A stretch of 64,000 nucleotides of DNA, taken from positions 21,392,001 through 21,456,000 of the forward strand of contig CM119371.1 in NCBI GenBank assembly GCA_051294905.1, in the 5' to 3' direction. This document shows, one piece after another, positions 1 to 13,196 of the stretch; position 1 is the stretch's first letter, and every line of letters starts with the position of its first letter. Under the pieces are notes generated by a model. It ran no database searches. It had not been told where the DNA came from and saw only the letters and a program-made list of their open reading frames with translations. The position numbers and the translations under genes are program-made. Source of the stretch: Botryllus schlosseri (lineage: Eukaryota).

Positions 1-519
1 CCCACACGTGTGTTTAAATACATTGATTCCGCCTAATGCGACGAAGAATACAATGATATGCTCGCTATGCCCTGTCTAAATAAACCGTCGTTTAGACTTA
101 TTATTATTACTAATATGCCGTTATCAAACGGTACATATTGAGGGTGTTTAAAAGGATATTTGAATCATCGGTAAGGAATGTTGATATATACATGGTGTTT
201 CGACACAAAGCCACAATGTCGACAGCATCATTGCTTATTCGGCAATTAGGTTTTTGCTAACTCTCGTAAAGAGGATCTAATTACTCATCATGCAATTAAT
301 GTCAACATTTCCATCATACTCAATAGTAAATTGTTTTTCTATGAGCACATGACCTTTATCAGATAATTTGCAATAAGCGTCAGCAGAATAGATGAACAAT
401 ATTGGCAGAACCTCTTCGTGATAACATTTCTTGTCTGTTTTTTGTAGCCATCATTTGCGGTTGCTGTTCCTAGTCTGCGCTCCGGATTACTGAAGCACGA
501 TATCATGTAATCGACCTCG

Positions 520-2050
520 CAGGGTTGTAGCCAAGTCACGACGCTTCGAGTCCCAAGTAAATCTCATTTCTATAGTTTTGACTCGAGTCAAGTCGAGACA
601 TTTTCAATTTACTACCCCGTCAAGTCCGAGTCTGAGTCATCAAGCAGAGGTTCAAGTCCTAGTCATGGTATTTTGACTCGAGTCCGAGTCCAAGTCATTG
701 TGTTCACTGTCCAGTTTCAAGTTAAAGTCTTGCTAAATCCACTATAATAACTCTGTTTTGTGATATCAAATGTCTAGCATTATAAGATACTAATTTTCTT
801 CACTTTAACCATTTTCTGGTCGCATATGCGAGTACTTGTATCAATAGACCAGTGGTTCCCAAACGGTGGGGAATTCAATGATTTCTGGCGGGGAATAGAC
901 GCATTTGTTCAAAATTATATATGACAGGACAGCCTACATATTCACGGAGTCACATGCGCAATTAACTGCTCTGGAATGTATGTATCGAAAATTATATTAC
1001 GCGTTGTTCACAAAACCTCATTTTTAACTCTGGATGGCCAATGGTGGCGTCACAAACGTATCCAGCACGACTAGTTTACGTGAAATAACGCTATCGCGAA
1101 ATTCTGAGTGTTACTGGCACGTTTTATGTTGCAGTTAAAGGCGATTGTCTTGCATACTGGTGTGGTTGTGTGTCTTGTGTAGTCAAACCAGGAGATAGCT
1201 GCTTTTTTATGACAAAAGTGCGGGGTAGTGGGGAGCGGGCCCGTAACTGCCGCACCCCAAACCCCCCAATTGGGGGGCGAGCTCGAAGAGGCCCAACATT
1301 ATTTCGTGAATTAACATAAATTAAAGTATTTTTTTAAAAATTCATGCCACTTTATCAAAAAAATTTCGCGCTTGGTGCGCGATTTAATATTGCTGAATAT
1401 CTGATTATTCGGTAACCTTCCCCCACGAAAATAGGCTACGTAGAATTTATAGAAATGGAGACTTCGGCGTCCGCCATTACTGCGCCACGACGCACCAATG
1501 CCATGCCAATGCAACTACGAGAAGTGTGCCAGAACGATCAGCAGCGAGAAGACCTTGGCCGAGAAGGAATGGCCTTGTGGTGACCGAAAACTAAACAGTA
1601 TACCCAATGTAGCTGCTAGGTAGCGGGGAAAAAGCGTACAGGCTCAGCGGGGCTGAGTTAGGTCTATCACCCAGTGGGGGGGGGGGGGGCAAGATCAACG
1701 TTTTTTTGGCGGGGCTGACGAACTGCTGTCACGGTCCTGGTGGGGAATGAAGGCTCTGAAGAAATCTGAAGTGGGGAATGAAGACGAAAAGGTTGGGAAC
1801 CACTGCAATAGACGAAATACCAATACGGTCGTTTCATTACTATTCTTCGAAATTACAATTAAATGTCGGTCTTGGCTGTCTGAGTCTCGAGTCATATGGC
1901 TTGGGTCGAGTCTTGCGCAATGACTCGAGTCCAAGTCCAGTAAATACACATTTTTACTCGAGTCGAGTCGAGTCATGTCCGTATTTTTACAAAATGTCTC
2001 GAGCCAAGTCGAGTCATCAGAAAATCTTAACTCGAGTCATTACAATCCTG
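520..2050. mobile_element. non-autonomous hAT element, GACTCGAGTC-rich family
   Basis: Ends CAGGGTTGTA...TACAATCCTG; 8-bp flanks CGACCTCG/CCACCTCG (7/8); clusters of GACTCGAGTC palindromes at both ends; same family as 47223-49318 and 21021-21610. Confidence 0.8.
850..1805. mobile_element. hAT (Buster/Charlie-like) MITE nested in the 520-2050 element
   Basis: TIRs CAGTGGTTCCCAA...TTGGGAACCACTG; perfect 8-bp TSD CAATAGAC at 842-849 and 1806-1813. Confidence 0.9.
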
Positions 2051-4775
2051 CCACCTCGGCTTCCAACACCTTCAACCTTATCGCTGGTTCTCTTATTGTA
2101 TTTTCTAGTAGCCTATTCTTTATGTAATAAGGTGTCCCTTCTTATTACCGTCTGTAGTAGGCCCAGGTGAATGTTTGATTTCAGAGACCATTCCAAGTCG
2201 CTTTGACAGCTTCCTATCTTTTCACTGTATTGCAATCTTCTGATGTTCTGATGTGACGACATTATAAATAGATTTGATACCGCATGAAACTGTTTTTAGC
2301 TATATAAGTATTAATTTACTTGCAGCTTCAAGGACCTTTGTGTCGCTGTAATTTACCAGATACATGAGTCGCGATCGAAACTCATACTATTACGGAAAAT
2401 AATTTGCTGAGTTGTGCGGGATCATACGCAATTTAAGTGAATACATGGTTTGGACAGACTGACGAAAATTCCAGCTCTCATTTCCTATAGCAATGGCTTT
2501 ATATATAATTTGTGGAAATCAGCGGTGGTCACAGCCGTTTTGAGCTCGCAGCACTATAAAAGTTTCTAAAATAGTTGGCGGACCATTGAAACTCAAAATT
2601 TAATGTCGACAAATGTAATGACGACTGCAGTTTGTAGCAAGTATGGTACCAGAGAGTGAAATTCTGCGTTTTTTTTCAATTAAATGCATTCCTGATTTTA
2701 TTTACGTAATTTTGCGGTAATTTATCTGCCGAGTGAAGGTACAGTTGCTTTGCCCAGTCAGGCAGCAGGTGTCGATCACAGCCTCCCATGCCGAATACCG
2801 GGGATTGGCCGACAATGCTAACTCTAATATTATTTTACTATTTGAGAATTTCGAGAGAGATAACGTTTTGAAGTCGTTTCAAACATTTTTCCCGCTACCT
2901 TGCTAATTTCTCACTCACCACAACCAAACTACGAATACAATGCGACGCACGCAAGACCTGGCAAAAGCGAGACCATGCCATCTATAAAACAGCTTAAAGA
3001 GATACTTTGGGGTACGGAACCTTAATATACAATTGAAAAGTAAATTCTTATTGCAACAAGCTAGAATATTTTTGCCTGACACTATTAGTTAGTTGGAAAG
3101 AACATTGTATGTATATCAACAATTTTCTCACAAAATATGACGTCACCGGCATGAAATTTCGAATAATCAGGGCGAAAAGAAAACAGCCTATCGAAAAAAA
3201 TGACTATGTAAACGGCGCGTATCAATGAGTCAGACCAACGTTATTGTTCGCATGTTTTCACAGCGGAGGCGGTCAAATCAAATGTTACTTATCCTAACGC
3301 TACATCACAATGTGGCTAATGACGTAGGCCTACCTAGCGAAATTTTAAATCAATTTAATTTGTGATATTTAATTTATTTTATCGATGCTTCCCACATCAT
3401 GCATTCCACAATCAGGCGCCAAATTTTAACATATCTGGCGGACCGGCGTTTGAGAACCACTACAGTAGAGCACCCATCTAGAGACCACACATTAGTTTCA
3501 AAGCTGATTCAATTCTGCTGCAATGTTTCGACGAAGAAAGAATACCTTATTGAACGAATTAATCAACCAATCAAAGAATCGAGGAATTGATGATAACTAC
3601 ATAATAATAGGGAGGTACTGGATTGTGGTCGAAGAATAACAGGAAATAAAGTGTCATGTTGTGGAAAGTCCCAGGGACAAGTCTTTGTCGTTGGACGTCT
3701 CCAGTGCCGGTATCGTACATAAAAAGAGTAATACCAAGAAACGACTTTGTAAATGTAATAACTTCTGTGCTCCTAATATTATAGACTATGTCATCAAATG
3801 TCACTGGTATCGAAAGGGTTTGTGAATATTTTCATAATGACTTAATTATTCGATTAAACAGAAGTTTAGCCTACATACACTCTTAGAAATATTCGTAGAT
3901 TTACCCAAATTATACCGGTAAATTTGTCCCGTCAGTTATATTAACGGTAAATGCCCGTCAAATTAATATACGGGCACGTCGAAAGTAAATATGCTTGTTT
4001 TTAGAGGGTAAAAAAATTACAAATTAAATTCGTAGAAGCAATTTACGGGATAACCAGTATTTCATATTTACTTTTGGATTTGTAAAAGCAATTTACTGGA
4101 AAATCAGTATTCTGGATTTACTTTTGCATTCGTAAAAGCGATTTACTGGATAATCATTAGTTGCAACATTGCTATTGCACTTACAATTCGATCATTTTAC
4201 ACGCTTACGGTCTTATGGACATATATATGTGATTTTCGTCATTACATCATGTTTCAATCATCAAGCAAATTACGCATCGATGGCCGTGCTGAATGCTAAT
4301 CGGTTAGTGGTATCCGAACATTTTGGCATTGCAGATACCATCGTTTATATCACTTTATAAATAGTATGCTTTGAGACATCAAGGTCTAGCAATAGTAGCA
4401 TGCCAAGCGAATTTGGTATGTTATGTAGCTTTGCTGCAGGTATGATCTTTTGTGTAATTATCTGTTGGACCAGTTCCGTCACCATTGTAGACTCCTTGAC
4501 GAATGTATGATGCAAACTAAATATATCTATCGAAACACTGGAGCTGGTGTATACTGTATAGCCGCCATGCTCCTTCGCTATTGCGACGAGGGTATTAAAC
4601 GTCCTTTACCTTTTTCCTGCGAATGGCCTTATGAATTGTTTGATCATGAATTCGTAGCTGCTCGAGCGAACAGTACCTTGTGACGTCATACATATTCCAG
4701 ACGTAGCGGCGTCAGACGTCAGACATATCTGAGCCTGAGCACGTGCGGCTGAATGTTCCGAGATAGATATTATAT

Positions 4776-5233
4776 TAGGCTTACCATACGTCCTCTTTTA
4801 AGAGGATTTGTCCTCTTTTTTGACTTTTTTGAAAGTGTCCTCGGAGGACGCCCTTTTGTCCTCTTTTTTGAGATTTTGTCCTCTTTTTGGAAAATTTAGG
4901 TCAGATATAGAGGAAATTGCGAGTGATATGCCGCAAATTAGCGCAGAAGTGAAGCTCCGGCGGGTATTTCGGAGGAAAAAGCGGTGATTTCAGCTCTGAG
5001 CGAAATGAAGACCTTTTTTTTTTTTTTTTTTTTAGTCATCAACCTGGCAATGTGGAGTAAAAAACGTTATTTTGAGCTCTGAGCAGAAGTGATGACCTTT
5101 TTTTTATTTTTTTAGTCAACCGCTCACAAAGTGGGAAAAATTAACCGTTTTTGAGAATTTCACTCCGGTTTTGCATGTTGCAAATTTCTGAAAAAGTGTC
5201 CTCTTTTTTGATTTCCAAAATATGGTAAGCCTA
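4776..5233. mobile_element. MITE, TAGGCTTACCATA family
   Basis: TIRs TAGGCTTACCATA...TATGGTAAGCCTA; internal TGTCCTC repeats; same family as 11750-12117. The TSD is imprecise. Confidence 0.8.
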
Positions 5234-5659
5234 TTATATCGACGCGATGTTTTCGTATTGGATAATAACAAGATGCGTTGCTGTAAGATATTGAGGGTTT
5301 CGAAGCCACTGCTTAACTTTAGCTTTAGAATATTGCAGGTGTTAATTGCAGATATTGTAGGTATAGCAGTATCCAAGCTGTTTCTGAAGACCTATGTATT
5401 TTCGTTACAGTTAATGGTGATCAGAAGCTATGGCTTTTAAGAATGTATTGCATTTTCTGACATTGAACTAAACGAAAATGGAAGTGTTATGGCATTATGA
5501 ATCATGACGTCGAATGCTTATGTGATAGAAAGGGATCATTTCGCCTCTCCCTTCCAGCACGGTGCGTGCGAAATGCTTTGGACGTGCGATGCAAAGGAAC
5601 ATTGCCAGAAAAGTTTGCAATCACGCTGGAAAAGATGATTCAGGTACGAAGTCCTAGGC

Positions 5660-6538
5660 CAGGGGTATCAAACTCAACTTGCGTCGCTGGCCGGCGGAGT
5701 CAAACTTTCAAACCGCTCGCGTGCCGGATCAGTCAAATCATTTCAAAATGTTACGGTAGGCCTACATCAAAACGCCCGCCCTTACTTTTCGCTTGAATAG
5801 TTTATTATCAATCCTGTATACATTTTGGTATATTACAGATAATTCACGATCATATCATATGGATATATTCTAGCAGCACCTTTACTCGCAAACAACGGAA
5901 TTTTGGCAAAAATTCAAAGATTGATTGTTTGAATTCAAGCGCTAAAACAATGACTCTAACGACGGAATAAGCTGACATATTTGTATGCTCCCTTTGTTTT
6001 ATTCGTAATCTGCCGTTAACTCATCGTATGTGCTTTGAGGAACACAAGTGATTTAATTGTAAACGCAGACGTTAGAATTTGGCTCATTATTATTCGTCAT
6101 ATGGGTTTCTCTGTCTGTCTGGGGCCTTTGAGTAGAAGTGATACAGCAGTGCGACCAAATATATTTGAATTGTATATTTTGTAACTATTATATTCTCCAT
6201 GCGAGCTGCATATAACATTTTCTTTCTCACTTCACAAATAACTACTTTTTGGCTCATTTTTTCATAAAAATACGAACTCAGTGTGCAGTTTTGGGAATTG
6301 GATGTCAGTATCACCAACTTGTTCCTGATGATGACTAGAGTAAAACCTTAACACCACTGTCGGATAATTATTTTATGGCCTATGATCTTGATATTTGTGG
6401 CCTTGCGGGAAGTATTTCTTACAATAATATCTCAACATTTGTTAGAAAATGTGCTGGGTAATACAGGGATTTTTCAAACTACTCAGAATTGCTTCACAGG
6501 CCGCATGCGGCTTGCGGGCCTTATGTTCGACACCGCTA
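5660..6538. mobile_element. hAT MITE, CAGGGGT family
   Basis: Starts CAGGGGTATCAAAC, ends GTTCGACACCGCTA; perfect TSD TCCTAGGC at 5652-5659 and 6539-6546. Confidence 0.8.
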
Positions 6539-8267
6539 TCCTAGGCCATCATTATTCGAGAAATTGACAAGAATATGAAAAGTTGCAGTATGTCATACTA
6601 TAGCGTCTCAAAGTTTCCAAATTGTAACTGTGTTGATGACTGCATAATATTCAGATTATAGAAGAACCGACAAAAGAGCATGGCCCAAAGTACAGTCCTT
6701 CAACTGCTGCTGAAGTTTTGATGAAGCCCGCTTCATTCAGGCAGTTGCTGACTGATGATCTTCACAAGAAAGACTGGATTTTCGTCATTATCCACACTTA
6801 CTTTTTTTTTACGTGTTCCCGCAACAAATAAACCTGATTCAAATTTACTGGTCTCAGGAAAGTAAAACTGCTGCAAGGGACCAGACGAGTATATTGATGT
6901 TACAGCAGATTTCTGTTACCTTTAGTTACGGAAATTTTCCGTAAAACTTCCTACGGTCACTCGGTCAGCATATGTAAAATCATATTACGGGGAGACTGAT
7001 TTCGAATTTACTGGTCTCATCAGTGTAAAACTGCTGCACTGGACCCGACCAGTAACTTGGTATTACAGCCGTTTTCCGTTACGCCAGGTAGCGGGGATTT
7101 TCCGTAAAAATTTCAACAGTCAGTCTTTGTAAAAATAAATTACGGTCAATATTATTTACGGGAAAATATTTATCAAATTTACCGATCTCAGAGTCGTAAA
7201 ACTGCTGCCAGGACCAGACCAGTAATTTGGCATGGAATATTTTTAACAGTGTAGCAGTTACAAATTCTTCGACAATGATTTTCTGGTAGTATTACATTTT
7301 GCGATATAATATGTTGGCGTCAACACGAGAAACTAATTTCATATCAATGATACGGCAATCTGGAAGGAACATACTTGTTTTGCTTTACCGGGGCCGAATA
7401 TGTCATTGATATGTGCTTTCAAGTCGGTTCATTGCAAACCATGTCACTCCTTATCGCCTATACCTATTTCATTCCGTCAATAAAGCAATCCCGATGGTAA
7501 TCTCGTTAATTTGCCGACATGAGAATTGTCGAATATTGAACTCAAACGATAATTTTAGTCACCAGGCGGCTGGTACTAATTAATTACACTTACGCGGTGA
7601 TGAATTCGTTCGCTTGTCGATATGTCCATTATCAAATATTGATACAGCAATTAGTGTTGCATTTGACATTTTATCGCCAAGCAAGAGCACCCTTCAGGCA
7701 GGACTTTAGTTAATATAGATCCGTACAACTCAACTATTATTCACGTAGTGAACCAATAATGCTGTACACAACTATCACGATATCACTATTCATGACTGTT
7801 AAAAGGTTGCTGAAATTCTGAGCTACATGCCCATAATGGTCACTTCCTAACCACGATTTGCTTCTTAATAAGAGGCCTATATTAGGAACGAATTCCCGAC
7901 GAAGAAGCGCTTAGGAAAGGCACTGAATTATATCGGTGACAAGATAACAGGAAGTACTGATTGACAGTCTTTAAACAACGTGATACCGTCATTTCTCATG
8001 GTTACACGACCCACCAAGACCTTTGAAGTTCCGGCCAACATGCGGAGTCGCAAAAGGTGTTACCAAATAAAACATTGACTGAAAATTTCAGCCACATGTT
8101 GACTTATAGCAGGGCTCTTAAACACGCGGCCCGTGAGACCATCTTGTGCGACCCGCGTCGTAATTTTGTTTTTTCAAGTATTTACTAATATTTAGGTACC
8201 ACATATCTTTTTTCAGAAATTACTTTAAAATTGCTCCAAAATCAGAAAGCTACTCATCAAACATCAT

Positions 8268-8858
8268 ATGCAGTCGCTACCACACGGTATTAAGTCATAT
8301 TGTCTATTCATGATGATAAGACTCCGCAAATATGTCCGTACTGAGTGGCAGACCGAGTACCGTTCAATAGAGACGGGAAACCACTACAAACGTTTCCATC
8401 AAACGGTACAAACAACGTTTACCTCGATGCAAAGATTGCGTTTGTATGAAACGATAATATTCCGTCTCCGATCCGACCATTGTCGCCTAAAAGGGCCTTT
8501 ATTTAAAATAGTCTGCAGCGACACGCCTTTGTCTGACTTATGCCTCGTACCCGAGAATATGGATCAATTCCTCCTCGCATGCCCAAAATACGATTGGCAC
8601 CGAGCATATTTGATTGATATCTGCTTGAACTGGAAAGACGATTTCACCACATATAACCTTCTCGTACGGTCAGAACTTATCTCGCCTCTCGTTGAGTTCG
8701 TCCTCGCCAGCAATGTGTTGATTTGAACTTTTTTTTTTTTCAGGTACACGATTTGCGACATGTAATACGACATTTCTGTCGTGGCTCACCAGATCGATAA
8801 GGTGACAAGCGCCAGAATGTCCCATTTTCACAAATAATATTAATATTATTAATGATAA
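8268..8858 (+). mobile_element. 5'-truncated LINE remnant (ORF2 C-terminus, I/Nimb-like)
   Basis: ORF 8268-8726 contains IFRLRSDHCRL...LCLVPENMDQFLLACPKYDWHR, resembling the RLRTGH...C..E...HFLL.C..Y...R C-terminal zinc-knuckle region of non-LTR ORF2. It is followed by a short 3' UTR ending in an AAT-rich tail. Confidence 0.7.
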
Positions 8859-9155
8859 GACTCGATGACCATGGATGATATTTGTTAATCACAATCGCCT
8901 TTGTTAACCCTTGGTGGATAGTTAGTTACATCTGGCTCCCTTTACCCATGTTTTGACGAGAAAGAAAATAAAACTTAGCGGTATATGCTTCACAACTGTA
9001 ACACCGATGGGTTGTTAGGCGATTGTACATTCCTCCTGTTATGACACAATATTTATTATATTCATGATGCTAATTATCTGTGCCAATATTCGAAGGTAAA
9101 ACTAACGCGGTTTTAATATTACTAGGACTATGTGATGTTCGCTAGCATATTTATC

Positions 9156-9452
9156 GGTGTCCATTCAATACCGAGAAAACAAATTCCGACAATGCCATTA
9201 CCGAGAATAGACACCAACGAGAATGGACATTACCGAGAACGGACACCACCGTGAACGAACATTACCAAGAATGCAATATATACAATGCAGGCATGCAATG
9301 CATACGTACAGGTCGTGTGTATGTGCATCGCTGCGTTATCACACTCAGTGGCGATTATCGGATATAAATCTTGTCAATGGCCGTCGCAGTAAGTTGGATT
9401 CTTGGCATTGGCAATTCTCGGTAATGGTTTTCTCGGTTTTATTATAGAGCTC
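9156..9452. repeat. small foldback-like element with 15-bp subterminal tandem repeats
   Basis: Units like GGACATTACCGAGAA at 9175-9272, inverted copies (TTCTCGGTAATGG) near 9415-9437; flanks TATTTATC/AATTTATC. Confidence 0.6.
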
Positions 9453-11749
9453 AATTTATCAGGAGTATATCTGACGCCTGCATTAGGCTACATTTCTCAA
9501 AACGCTGTGATATCAGATCAATCTATGTCAAAATCTAAACTATTCCACATCTAGCTGTGGCTTGTCAATAACTGCTAGCTGCAAAATTATAACACTATAC
9601 AGTTTTTCATTTGTCAACTCGCTTAGGCTATCTCATAATCTTGACAAATTATGCTTACTCTCTACCAAGTAAAACAATTTTACTCAGGTATTTATACACG
9701 AAATTTCACCTAGTGCCAGGTATGAATTGCTACAATGATGAATCACATTTTCACGATGTGAGTAAAATGTCAATCGGCCATTGGCTCATTTACAATAGGA
9801 CTATTTCATGACATCAAATAAGGCTTACCGGAAAGTAATTGGATAGCTCTTTTGATGTTGCGGCTCGCGGAGTCCTCAAAAATTAGGAAATTGGGCTGAC
9901 GAAGTAGGCCTACTGCTCGGCCCTACAATGTACAAATACCTATACTAGTACAGCCGATAATATTAGCTTATTTTCTTTTACCAGCTTTGTCGAAATTGGA
10001 ATAAATCGGGGACGATTTTTTCGAATTTCAGCTATTTTATCCGTAGTTTCAGAAAGAAGTTGGTAGCCCTATTGAAAAGTGCCTTTTACCTTCCATTCGA
10101 TGCCTATATCTGTATAGTAGAATATTGACCCGTTGTACGGTTAAACTTCCTGACAGGACCAATGCAAGTACACTTGTGACACTATAAATTCGCGACTAAG
10201 TTCTGTTGCGAACGAGTACGCGAACCTCCAAATTACCAAGAATTGCAAAATACCGAATATTCCTAAATCGATCGCCTCCACTATCTCACGCTCATTCCGT
10301 CGGTATTCCGCCCACTAGCAGTTCATATTCGACGAGACGAGACGAAGACATAGCGTAGAAGTAGGACATTTGTTGTCGGTTGGTAGGACTTGGGTTCGAT
10401 CCACAACAGGGCTGAAAAGAATATTCTGCTTATGGACTAGTAGCCGCAGCTCCGCTCCATAAGGCGGTTATGTCAGTTGATTTGATCCGTATTTTGAGTT
10501 ACTTGGGTATCGCAACAAAGAATATAGAGGACTACATTCGGCTTTCGACTGTATAGTAATACGAATTATATCAAGACTTCATGAGCAATTGCGACTAGTG
10601 TTGCATTCAAATTATAATAAATTTAAAACTCACATGTTTAAAACACATAATCCTTATTCAAAACATACGATAATTTTGTTCAGTCATGACATAATCCATC
10701 TTCAGTCCTGACGTCACCATGGATTGACGATTGATATGGTTTCATGAGCATTATATTTAAAAATATTGGTGACTGGTACTAATGAATTCCACTTATGTGA
10801 TTATGAGTTGTTTATTTGTCGACATGCGGTTCATCAAATATTGACACAGCAATTAGTTGTCCATTCGGCATGATTTAAATCTACTTATTTTTACATGATA
10901 GATCGATAAGGTTCTGCACTGCACACACATATTAAGTTGCATGATATGTCACGATGTCATGATGTGATATGTATTAAAATGATTGCACACTCGGTTAAAT
11001 GATCATAACTAGATTCTCGGAGGTAGATTATGAGATTATTGCAGTCGCAGTCGAGTACCATTTGGTTCGATATCAGTCGTGTGGGTCAATGGTCTTCAAC
11101 CTTATCTATTCGTGTCTCCGTTCCCGTTTTGAATATATCCAGTGCATGGTCTACCTCTTAGAGCAGTTGTTCTGACCAGGACACTAGTGTGACGATTGGA
11201 CTGCTCAGGTTTACCCCAAGCAAATGTGGTAAACAACGTCGATGTATAACATAATTTACGGAGTCCCAATTTCGAGTTTGGCATAATCGTGTGTCTGTTA
11301 ATTTTACCTGTTCAATACACAATGTACAATGTGATGTGGTGAAAAGATACCAGGATGCCAAAACGATGAAGTGCGCCCTAGCAATTTGGCACACCCTCAG
11401 TGCAATATCCCGAGTAACAGTGCTCCCTTGCTATCTATCATTTTTAGACATCCTCGCTTCCTTTCTTTCCATTACTCGAATTGGTCGTTGGTCGTTTTTC
11501 TTTCGAGGATTGTTTGTAAAGACGCTGTTAGCACATCGATATATGGGAAAAGAATCTCAGATAGACATCCGATGCGTCTGAAATTGCCACTGCCCAACGC
11601 AAACCAGGGCCTCCAACGCCAATAGTTGCGGAGCAGAAACTCCCCCGAATATATTAGCATTTGGGAAGGTCGATTTCCAAAATAGCATTGAAGATAGGCG
11701 ATTTCAGAATTATTCTTTATATTCTCAAATAACTTTGTTTGCACTGGCG

Positions 11750-12117
11750 TAGGGTTACCATACGTCCTCCTTTAAGATGATTTGTCATCCTTCTTCAGGT
11801 TTTGTTTGTCCTCCGGAGACGCCTAAATGTCCTCATTTTTGAGATTTTGTCCCCTTTTTCTAGAATTATTGTGGAATATAAGGCAAAATTGGACTGAGAT
11901 ACAGTAATTCATCATTGAAGTAACGCTCCGGCGGCTATTTCGAGAGCTAAGCAGGAAAGTTGACTTATTTTTAGCGAGAAATTTGATCTTTTTTTCAGTA
12001 AACCGACCACGATGTCGGAAATAATTTACCAGTTTTTCGAGATTTTCCTCCGGTATTCTAAGTTTGAAAATTTTGAAAAGTGTCCTCGTTTCCCGAATCC
12101 AAAATATGGTAACCCTA
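11750..12117. mobile_element. MITE, TAGGGTTACCATA family
   Basis: TIRs TAGGGTTACCATA...TATGGTAACCCTA; TSD CACTGGCG/CACCGGCG (7/8). Confidence 0.85.
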
Positions 12118-12364
12118 CACCGGCGTCAATTTCTTTTGCGACATTGTTGTAGAAATCTTTTCATTTTCGTAAGGTTGACAGTAAAATTATTGAAAAAAAA
12201 ATAAAATAAATTAGAAAAATTCCATTGCTTCTGTGTCGTTTTATTTTGGATGGAAATTGAGCCAAATTTGGTGGACAGCCTTTTATTGCCAATCTAACAA
12301 TTTAATCAGTGAATTCCCGTAATCCGGAAAAAAGGTTATTTTAGAATAACCTAACTGTATATAG

Positions 12365-13196
12365 CAGGGGCAGGCAACATACGCCGCGAAGGGATTTTGT
12401 TCGGCCCGCGGACAGTTTTCCATCTGCCGAGATTCCCCACTACTTGCTTACTACGTCAAATTTTAATGACTGTATGTTATTATCTACATGCATGCGCAAT
12501 GCGCAGCGTGCGAGAGTGGCGCTTGCGCGTAGGTTCGTCGAAGTTGGAAGACTTGCATTGTCGGCATTGCGATGTACTCCACCCTAAAATCGTTTGTGCT
12601 AATCGTGGTGTTTGTCGACTACAATGGTCATTTACACCAGGCCGATATTTCTTATTTTCGATTCAGTAACCGCCGTCTTGTAGCACAGCACACTTCTAGG
12701 CTTTTGTAAGACACCGCTTATGCCAGGGGTCGCCAACTCAAAACGGGTCGCGGGCCACTTTTCAAATGTCGTAGAAGCCGCGGGCAGCATGAATTCAATA
12801 TCGAGATAAAATAGGCCACACAGTCGAACAGCGACGCTATCTCGTCACCGACTAAGCCCTGATGAATCGATATCTTGGTAAATTTGGGGTACCGGGCTTA
12901 TCGAACGCTCTGAAATTTTAATTACGGATTGCACCGTGTGTTGATTGATTAGAGAGAAGAAGACATGGCGGCGCCTGTATGACAATGCTATTCTCGAATC
13001 CACATTGTGTTCGTCATCATCGACGAGAATGGCTTTGAAGTGACATTGCTGTCGTTTAAATACATTCATTAAATACGATTTACACCTTGTATATGTTGAT
13101 AAATGGGCGAATAATGTATCGATTCTGCAATCCGGTCCGCAAAGTAGTTAATTTTCCTGTATCCGGCCCGCCGACTAGAGAAGTTGTCCGCCCCTG
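12365..13196. mobile_element. hAT MITE (CAGGGG family) containing a SINE 3' fragment and a second MITE end
   Basis: Ends CAGGGGCAGGCAAC...GTTGTCCGCCCCTG; TSD GTATATAG/GTCTATAG. 12604-12717 matches the 3' part of the SINE at 34562-34839; 12724 onward matches the start of the 36961 element. Confidence 0.75.

Larger units (their letters stand above)
3878..7251. mobile_element. non-autonomous CACT-ended DNA transposon (EnSpm/CACTA-like)
   Basis: Imperfect TIRs CACTCTTAGAAATATTC / GAATATTTTTAACAGTG, each flanked by TA; subterminal tandem repeats at both ends (~53-bp units near 4030-4155, longer units near 6830-7230). The superfamily assignment is inference. Confidence 0.65.
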
